This document shows positions 14,635-20,424 of a stretch of DNA of 20,424 nt, in pieces. How positions within the stretch are numbered: the stretch's first letter is position 1; each line of letters starts with the position of its first letter. This DNA is from a virus: UHGV virus genome UHGV-0172319; one strand, written 5' to 3'. Under the pieces are notes generated by a model, which did no database searches, was not told where the DNA came from, and saw nothing but the letters and a program-made list of their open reading frames with translations. The position numbers and the translations under genes were made by a program.

Positions 14635-15813
14635 ATGGCGGCAAGGCCAAGAAAAAAAGAATACCGACATCTGCCGGACTATCTGGTATTTGATAAAGAT
14701 CGAGGTGTTTATAAATTCACACTTATTACCGGGAAGAAGAAAAATATAGGTAAGGATCGGGCCATAGCAATAGCTATCGCTAGAGAGTACAACCTGAGAA
14801 TGAGACCTGAGCTTTCCCCGTCGGTTGATAATCTCATTAGAGAATCTGGTGGGGCTACTGGAGAAGCCAAACCATTTGCTGAACATGTGGATCACATAAT
14901 GGAACGTGCTATTGAGGACGAGCGCCCTTCTCAGAGCACCCTGGATGACTGGAATAATGACGCACTACGCGTAAAAGAGTTTTTCGTTAATGTTCCTGCC
15001 TGCGATATCGAGTTGGAGCATGTTAACGCATACATCAATCAATACCATGCCGGCGCGTCTGCGAACGTGCAAAACAGAAAAGTCAGCTTCCTTAAAAAGC
15101 TGTTTTCGTATGCGGTCGATGAATCCCTGATGCTCGATAATCCGGCAACCCGGAAGAAAATGCGCAGGACCGAAGAGAAGAAAAGACAACGCCTGTCTCT
15201 CGATCATTTCATGGCTATCCGGCGCGCTGCAGCACCATGGTTAAGAACGGCAATGGACCTGGCTCTACAGACGACACATGCGCGCCTCGAAGTATCGAGG
15301 ATCCGTTATTCAATTCGCGAACCCAAAAACGGTATATGTGGTTGTGTCTGGCTCGATCAGCCAGAGAACGGTATCTATGGAACACTATACATACACCGCC
15401 AAAAGGTACAGAAGAAGGAGGCGTCGCACGTTGCGATCCCCATAGGTGATGAGTTAAAACGCATCATTGATGATAGCCGGGATAATGTGGCCAGCCCGTA
15501 TGTTGTTCACCGGATCCCAGAACGGCAGGTAAAACGGAGTAAAGAGGTTTCGCATCCCACCCAGGTGGCCCCGGACTATTTAAGCCGCTCATTCTCTGCA
15601 GTACGCGACAAGCTCGGGTTATGCAATCACCTCGCTATGGATGAAAGACCTACCTTCCATGAAATACGCGCGTTGGCTGCTCACTTGTTTAATCAACAGG
15701 GTATCGATCCACAAGGACGAATGGCGCACAGTGATGCCAAGTCAACGAAGATTTATACCCAAAACCATATTGATTGGGTCGTTGTTCCTCATGGAGAAAT
15801 TTTAACGGCATAA
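14635..15813 (+). CDS. int: Tyrosine integrase (lambda Int family)
   Basis: 392 aa; C-terminal catalytic-region motifs (HEIRALAAHL; IYTQNH with putative Tyr nucleophile); N-terminal arm-binding-like domain; position after xis. Confidence 0.9.
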   Translation: MAARPRKKEYRHLPDYLVFDKDRGVYKFTLITGKKKNIGKDRAIAIAIAREYNLRMRPELSPSVDNLIRESGGATGEAKPFAEHVDHIMERAIEDERPSQSTLDDWNNDALRVKEFFVNVPACDIELEHVNAYINQYHAGASANVQNRKVSFLKKLFSYAVDESLMLDNPATRKKMRRTEEKKRQRLSLDHFMAIRRAAAPWLRTAMDLALQTTHARLEVSRIRYSIREPKNGICGCVWLDQPENGIYGTLYIHRQKVQKKEASHVAIPIGDELKRIIDDSRDNVASPYVVHRIPERQVKRSKEVSHPTQVAPDYLSRSFSAVRDKLGLCNHLAMDERPTFHEIRALAAHLFNQQGIDPQGRMAHSDAKSTKIYTQNHIDWVVVPHGEILTA

Positions 15814-16123
15814 GAAAAGGCACCAACAGGTGCCTTGAAATTGAGCTTTTTAACAACGAACTAAGAATGCCCATGCCTCATACCCATAATCATGAGCATC
15901 AAGGACTTTTGCGGATTTTCCACGTACCTTGCGGTAACGGCAGAAAACCCAGCGGAAACCTTTTGGTGCCGCTTTTGAAACGATTGATTTCAAACCCATT
16001 CATAAAACACCTCCTTACCAAGAGAGATTTTTCCCTTGAACATCTTCCCTGAAGGTGTTAGTTTCAGGCTGTCTATTGAAGCTGTTCACGGTGGTGATGC
16101 CTCTCGGATTCATCACCTAAATA

Positions 16124-16159
16124 CCCCTTGCATTGGTTGGCGCCAAGCAAGGGGTTTTT
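16124..16159. terminator. Bidirectional terminator between convergent int and ImmA-like gene
   Basis: CCCCTTGC..GCAAGGGG stem (16124-16154) followed by TTTTT; a second hairpin AAGGCACC..GGTGCCTT sits just after the int stop (15817-15837). Confidence 0.5.
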
Positions 16160-16679
16160 ACATTTTGTCTAACTGATAACGTGCGGCCACTAATGATACT
16201 CCGCATGCCTCAGCAACATTTTCAGCACCCATCCCTTTTAAAACATTGGCATGAATAGCTGGCACTAATAACTCACCACTAAAACATTTAGCTTGCCACT
16301 CACTACTCTCAAAAGGGCGGATTTTAACCCCTGGAGCAGAACGAGCAAAAGCTATGTTCCTGTGCATGAGAAGATGGCCCAACTCATGCGCGGCAGTCAT
16401 CCTGTCACGACCAACCCCATTCAAAGCACCTTCGTAGATGTCTTCGCGCAGAATTAATAAATGTTCCTGCGGGTACGTAAGTCCATGCGTCTCCCCCATT
16501 TCTTTCATCCCGCCGATGTGGAGTTCAAAATCAGGGATCAACTGAGGCAATGCGAACTCAATTACCTCCATAACAGGAAACTTCAGACCTGTAATACCGA
16601 AGGTGCTCCGCAGAGATCTGACGATCGAACGTATTGATTCACGATTCTGCGGGGGTACTCGATAATCTTGTCCGCTCAA
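16158..16679 (-). CDS. ImmA/IrrE-family zinc metallopeptidase (COG2856-like)
   Basis: 173 aa; HEXXH motif (AAHELGHLLMH); apparent TTG start preceded by a strong AGGAGG RBS; directly downstream of the XRE HTH gene. Confidence 0.8.
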   Translation of the reverse strand: MSGQDYRVPPQNRESIRSIVRSLRSTFGITGLKFPVMEVIEFALPQLIPDFELHIGGMKEMGETHGLTYPQEHLLILREDIYEGALNGVGRDRMTAAHELGHLLMHRNIAFARSAPGVKIRPFESSEWQAKCFSGELLVPAIHANVLKGMGAENVAEACGVSLVAARYQLDKM

Positions 16680-16687
16680 ACTGCCTC

Positions 16688-17047
16688 CTACTGCTGTTTT
16701 CGATTCAAAATCTGTCGTAAATTCCGGAAGTCTTCTTCGTTTAACTCATCAAAACTACGAGCGAACGCAATTGCGACTTCACGAGCGTGGTCGTTCTTAC
16801 CTGACAAGCTGATCTCTACTGATTGCTGAGAGTCACGAGCTGCACTGATAAGCTTTTCTTTTTGTTTTTCATCCGCATTAAGATAGCCAATGATGCTATC
16901 AAGCACGGGTTTAGTGACCGCCCTTTTACCAGTTTCGATTGCTGAAAGATAAGACGAGGTCATACCCATAGCCTCAGCCATGCTTTTAAGCGTAAGCCCC
17001 AGGTCTATGCGCATTTTTCTTACTGTCTTACCAAACGGCGTTAACAT
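16688..17047 (-). CDS. XRE-family helix-turn-helix transcriptional regulator
   Basis: HTH segment (LGLTLKSMAEAMGMTSSYLSAIETGKR); ATG at 17047 with GGAG RBS (the track ORF's TTG at 17080 is less likely); forms an operon with the ImmA-like gene. Confidence 0.8.
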   Translation of the reverse strand: MLTPFGKTVRKMRIDLGLTLKSMAEAMGMTSSYLSAIETGKRAVTKPVLDSIIGYLNADEKQKEKLISAARDSQQSVEISLSGKNDHAREVAIAFARSFDELNEEDFRNLRQILNRKQQ

Positions 17048-17121
17048 ATGTTGTATCTCCAGTGTGTCAAAGACCCCCAATACTCTCGGGTCTCATTTTA
17101 AGTTAACACGCTCCAGACATG

Positions 17122-17145
17122 AAATCAACTAAATTTTGTTGATTT
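17122..17145. promoter_or_regulatory. Perfect palindrome AAATCAAC-N8-GTTGATTT upstream of the XRE/ImmA operon; candidate operator
   Basis: 8-bp perfect inverted arms read in sequence, about 75-100 bp upstream of the XRE start in an AT-rich promoter region. Confidence 0.45.
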
Positions 17146-17343
17146 GTTTTATCTGACTTAGTTAATGAGTTTTTCATGTTCTGTTGATAGAACCTTTAGC
17201 TGAGTGAAGATATATGGGGAAATATGGGATATAAGTCTTTGATGTACAACACACACATTTTGCGAAAAATGCACTGTTTGTTTATACATACGAATGGTTA
17301 GCAACAGCAGACATGGAGCGACTTGCAGAGCTTTCGAAGCGGT

Positions 17344-17391
17344 GTCATGGGGTGTCGGGGGTCGGAGGTTCAAATCCTCTCGTGCCGACCA
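17344..17391 (+). other. 3' fragment (about 48 nt: anticodon-loop region, T-arm, acceptor 3' strand, CCA) of a tRNA-Pro(GGG)-like gene, with no matching 5' half; candidate att core
   Basis: GTCATGGGGTGTCGGGGGTCGGAGGTTCAAATCCTCTCGTGCCGACCA has the T-loop GGTTCAAATCC and acceptor CGTGCCGACCA; matches enterobacterial proL as recalled from memory; no complementary CGGCACG acceptor 5' strand upstream. Confidence 0.6.
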
Positions 17392-17401
17392 AAATTCCCC
17401 A

Positions 17402-17433
17402 GAAAAACCAGCCTTTTACGGCTGGTTTTTTTA
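17402..17433 (+). terminator. Rho-independent terminator directly after the tRNA fragment
   Basis: CCAGCC..GGCTGG stem followed by TTTTTTT. Confidence 0.6.
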
Positions 17434-17523
17434 TTATTGCCGTCCACCGAAATGGAATTCGATTCGAGTTATGGACGGAAATAATGTTACACTTCCGGTT
17501 TTGCACAGCCGATCTTATTGCTT

Positions 17524-17886
17524 ATGTGGCATCACTTCATCAAGTACACCTCCGTAGGCGTGATCAACACATTGATTCACTGGATAGTTTTTGCTATCTG
17601 CATCTACGCCTTTCATACCCATCAGGCGCTGGCGAATTTCCTGGGCTTCAGTGTGGCGGTCAGTTTTTCTTTTTACGCCAACGCCCGGTTTACCTTTAAG
17701 CAATCGACCACAACGCGTCGCTATCTGCTGTATGTCGGCTTTATGGGCCTGCTCAGTATCCTGACGGGTTGGGGGGCCGAACAGTGCGGTTTCCCACCGC
17801 TGGTGACGCTGGTCGCGTTCTCCGCCATTAGTCTCATTTGTGGCTTTATTTATTCCAGATTCATTGTATTCAAGGACGCACGATGA
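17524..17886 (+). CDS. gtrA: GtrA, bactoprenol-linked glucose flippase (O-antigen glucosylation)
   Basis: 120 aa from ATG 17524; small polytopic membrane protein ([14 protein letters not shown]..., ...[18 protein letters not shown]) closely resembling P22/SfV GtrA as recalled. Confidence 0.85.
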   Translation: MWHHFIKYTSVGVINTLIHWIVFAICIYAFHTHQALANFLGFSVAVSFSFYANARFTFKQSTTTRRYLLYVGFMGLLSILTGWGAEQCGFPPLVTLVAFSAISLICGFIYSRFIVFKDAR

Positions 17887-18830
17887 AAATTTCACTGGTC
17901 GTTCCTGTCTTCAACGAAGAAGAAACCATTGGCCTCTTTTACAAGACGGTGCGTGAATACGACGCACTGAAAGAACATGATGTCGAAATTGTGTTCATCA
18001 ACGATGGTAGCACCGACGCAACGGAATCCATCATCAACGCCCTCGCCGTCGCCGACCCACTCGTTGTTCCGCTCTCGTTTACGCGAAATTTTGGTAAAGA
18101 ACCGGCGCTGCTCGCCGGGCTCGACAATGCCAGTGGCGATGCCGTCATTCCGATGGATGTCGATCTCCAGGATCCTGTCGAAGTCCTGCCGCACTTGATT
18201 CAAAAATGGCAGGATGGGGCGGACATCGTGCTGGCTAAGCGTTCCGATCGCTCCGTCGATAGCCGCCTGAAGCGAAAATCCGCCGAGTGGTTTTATAAGC
18301 TACACAATAAAATCAGCACGCCGCATATCGAAGAAAACGTCGGCGATTTTCGGCTGATGAGTCGTGAAGTGGTGGACAACATTAAACAAATGCCAGAACG
18401 AAATCTGTTCATGAAAGGGATTTTATCCTGGGTTGGCGGCAAAACTGACATCGTCCTCTACGCGCGCGCCACTCGCTGTGCCGGGAAAAGTAAATTCAAC
18501 GGCTGGAAACTGTGGAACCTTGCACTGGAAGGGATCACCTCTTTTTCTACCTTCCCTCTGCGTATCTGGACCTACATTGGTCTGGCGGTTGCCCTGCTTT
18601 CTTTCACCTACGGTGCAGGAATGGTGATAGATACGCTTCTGTGGGGAAATCCCGTGCGTGGCTATTCTTCCTTGATTGTGTCAATCCTGTTTCTGGGAGG
18701 CGTACAGCTTATTGGCATTGGCGTGCTGGGTGAGTATATCGGACGAATCTATGTCGAGACCAAGCAGCGGCCTCGATACATTCTGAAAAAACGTAAAACT
18801 GTGGACCACGATTCAGACAAGGATAACTGA
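17883..18830 (+). CDS. gtrB: GtrB, bactoprenol glucosyltransferase (GT2 family)
   Basis: 315 aa; [13 protein letters not shown]... with DxD-type region (PMDVDLQD); C-terminal TM helices; start overlaps gtrA stop (ATGA). Confidence 0.9.
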   Translation: MKISLVVPVFNEEETIGLFYKTVREYDALKEHDVEIVFINDGSTDATESIINALAVADPLVVPLSFTRNFGKEPALLAGLDNASGDAVIPMDVDLQDPVEVLPHLIQKWQDGADIVLAKRSDRSVDSRLKRKSAEWFYKLHNKISTPHIEENVGDFRLMSREVVDNIKQMPERNLFMKGILSWVGGKTDIVLYARATRCAGKSKFNGWKLWNLALEGITSFSTFPLRIWTYIGLAVALLSFTYGAGMVIDTLLWGNPVRGYSSLIVSILFLGGVQLIGIGVLGEYIGRIYVETKQRPRYILKKRKTVDHDSDKDN

Positions 18831-20374
18831 TGTTAAAGCATGTTAATAAAAGCATTCTTTTAATTGCCTTTTTTGCAGTATTTATCCTGGAGTGGTTCAC
18901 CCCTATTCACTCCGATGATTACCGTTATGCCCTGCTTGGCATCTCATTTGATGCGCACCTGCATCACTACCTGACCTGGAGCGGGCGCATAGTGGCTGAT
19001 TTTGTCAGCTCGCTTTTACTCGCCACCGGATCTCGTGGATTTATCTCAACCATGACCGGCCTTGTCGTCGTCGCGTTCTGCTATTTCATTGTGAAAACGC
19101 CGACGGGCACGCTGAAATGGAAAAAACATGACGCGCTGATCTTTACCCTTATTTTTCTGACCTTTTGGGTCGCTAACCCGAATATCGGACAAACGGTTTT
19201 CTGGATAGTCGGCAGCGCGAACTACCTGTGGACGAATCTGTTCGTCGCCGCATGGCTCTGGAACCTGTACCGCATACAGCTTCAGCGTGAAGAGCGTACA
19301 CACATGGGTATGCTGTTGCTCGGGCTGTTGGCGGGCTGTTCCAATGAAAGCGTCGCGCCATTTGTCGTGGGTTTTGCCCTTCTGGCTATCGTGTACGATT
19401 ACTGGCAAGCGAAACGCGTCTTTGCGAATAAGGTCGCGTATTTTTTGTCCGCACTGGTGGGCGCCAGTATTTTGATTTTCTCACCAGGCAATTTTATTCG
19501 CGCTCAGGGCGCTCATACCGTCTGGTATGATAAATCGATCGTTGAAAGAATCACAATTCATCTGAGCGAGCGCTTCTTTAACCACCTGGCGCTGGTCTGG
19601 ATTTCTTATGTCGTACTGGTCTTACTGGCAATGCTTCTGATCGTGGCCAAACGACAAGGCCATCGCATTAAAAGTGCGAATCTCAACATGGTCGGCTTAA
19701 TGCTGTTGGTGGGGCTGGGAACCTCTTTAATTATGGTGGCCTCCCCGTCGTATCCTGACCGCGTCATGCTGTCGACATTTTTATTTTTCCTGCTTGCCCT
19801 CTCGTTCCTTGCGCGGGAAGTCGTCACGGTAGCCGGACCATGTGTCATGAAAGGAGTCTATGTCGTTACGGGCCTGATGGCTGCGGTATTCATCTGGTCA
19901 TACGCGTTAATGTATGCCGCTTATACGCGCGTTTATGAGCAGGATGTTGTTCGTGTGAATATCGTTAAGCGCCAACTCAGCCAGGGTCACAAGGACTTTA
20001 CGGTGCCTGACTTCCACTTCCTGAAAATGCAAAACAGCGGAGGGCATTTCGGTTTCTTTCACGATCCGCAGGTCTATGGCCGTTATTTTGCCGCAGGGAA
20101 TGTGGCGAAGAAAAAAGTTAACTTCGACTACTCCGTACTCGTCAACGGTAAGCAGCAAACCATCGATGACAATACCGTGGCCTGGTTCAATCACCGCGGT
20201 GATTTAATGCTGGTGAGCAAGCATCCATTAACCGGTACCGTGCAGGTGAAGACCGAATCGTCCGATACGTCGCGCTCGCTTACGCGCTTTACCGCCGCGA
20301 AAATTAACGATGAATACTGGTATTTCAGCGCCATACCTAAAGCAGAAGTGACTCACGTCGCGCTGCTGCCCTGA
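18830..20374 (+). CDS. gtrC: GtrC-type serotype-specific O-antigen glucosyltransferase (polytopic membrane protein)
   Basis: 514 aa; many hydrophobic segments over the first 380 aa then a soluble C-terminal domain; third gene of the gtr operon, start overlapping the gtrB stop. Confidence 0.7.
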   Translation: MLKHVNKSILLIAFFAVFILEWFTPIHSDDYRYALLGISFDAHLHHYLTWSGRIVADFVSSLLLATGSRGFISTMTGLVVVAFCYFIVKTPTGTLKWKKHDALIFTLIFLTFWVANPNIGQTVFWIVGSANYLWTNLFVAAWLWNLYRIQLQREERTHMGMLLLGLLAGCSNESVAPFVVGFALLAIVYDYWQAKRVFANKVAYFLSALVGASILIFSPGNFIRAQGAHTVWYDKSIVERITIHLSERFFNHLALVWISYVVLVLLAMLLIVAKRQGHRIKSANLNMVGLMLLVGLGTSLIMVASPSYPDRVMLSTFLFFLLALSFLAREVVTVAGPCVMKGVYVVTGLMAAVFIWSYALMYAAYTRVYEQDVVRVNIVKRQLSQGHKDFTVPDFHFLKMQNSGGHFGFFHDPQVYGRYFAAGNVAKKKVNFDYSVLVNGKQQTIDDNTVAWFNHRGDLMLVSKHPLTGTVQVKTESSDTSRSLTRFTAAKINDEYWYFSAIPKAEVTHVALLP

Positions 20375-20381
20375 ATAAAAA

Positions 20382-20417
20382 AGCCTCTCATCACGATGAG
20401 AGGCTCTCCCCCTTTTC
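20382..20417 (+). terminator. Rho-independent terminator after gtrC
   Basis: AGCCTCTCATC..GATGAGAGGCT stem followed by a C/T-rich run (CTCCCCCTTTTCC). Confidence 0.6.
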
Positions 20418-20424
20418 CCGACAG

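Larger units (their letters stand above)
1..20424. mobile_element. Temperate lambdoid (P22-like / CPS-53-like) phage or prophage segment: lysis, Q, nin, replication, cro/cI immunity, early-left operon, xis/int, att-like site, gtrABC
   Basis: Canonical lambdoid gene order and orientation; divergent cI/cro with repeated operators; tyrosine integrase plus excisionase; RusA, Q, holin/endolysin; gtrABC next to an att-like tRNA fragment. Confidence 0.85.

Noticed and set aside
15774-16052. 92-aa ORF in the region downstream of int
   Set aside because: No RBS, His-rich low-complexity translation; the region contains hairpins more consistent with terminator/att-arm DNA.
17838-17882. N-terminal extension of gtrB (track ORF starting at 17838)
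   Set aside because: The conserved GtrB N-terminus [13 protein letters not shown] begins at 17883 with ATGA coupling to gtrA; the extension would overlap gtrA.
17313-17895. ORFs 17294-17557 (+), 17313-17699 (+), 17515-17895 (-) and 17158-17373 (-)
   Set aside because: Overlap the tRNA fragment and terminator or lie antisense to gtrA; no coding signals.
17892-19848. Minus-strand and alternate-frame ORFs within gtrB and gtrC (17892-18203, 17939-18148, 18709-18900, 19046-19408, 19606-19848 and others)
   Set aside because: Antisense to or embedded in the conserved gtr operon genes.
1-20424. CRISPR arrays, rRNA genes, intact tRNA genes, insertion sequences
   Set aside because: No spacer-repeat architecture, no rRNA-like stretches, no complete tRNA cloverleaf (only the 3' tRNA-Pro fragment), and no transposase-like ORF or terminal inverted repeats were seen.

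Overview
The window reads as one contiguous segment of a temperate lambdoid phage or prophage from an enterobacterium, with gene content resembling P22-like Salmonella phages and the E. coli CPS-53 element. All calls come from reading the supplied translations and the raw sequence; no database search was run. Leftward (- strand) late/replication arm: partial SAR-type endolysin (1-296), dual-start holin (298-612), orphan DNA methyltransferase (747-1799), Q antiterminator (3454-3834), nin-like block (DUF968, KilA-N, RusA, LexA-DBD-only protein, Dam-family MTase), replication initiator with embedded iterons, CII-like and Cro. Rightward (+ strand): CI repressor (9536-10198) flanked by three copies of an 18-bp operator, a 480-bp ORF-free structured pL leader, an early operon (YfdP/Q/R-like genes, PAPS-reductase-family PP-loop protein, small coupled ORFs), xis and int. 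After int come a convergent XRE-HTH/ImmA-metallopeptidase pair, a 48-nt tRNA-Pro 3' fragment (probable att core) and the O-antigen glucosylation operon gtrABC. Best candidates for an undescribed function: (1) a low-GC, oppositely oriented gene for an SDH/ClpP-fold serine protease inserted in the Q-to-lysis moron slot (2254-3249); (2) the HTH/ImmA module with a palindromic operator between int and the att/gtr region; (3) the translationally coupled early-left accessory cluster (10792-14294). No rRNA, intact tRNA or CRISPR array was seen.
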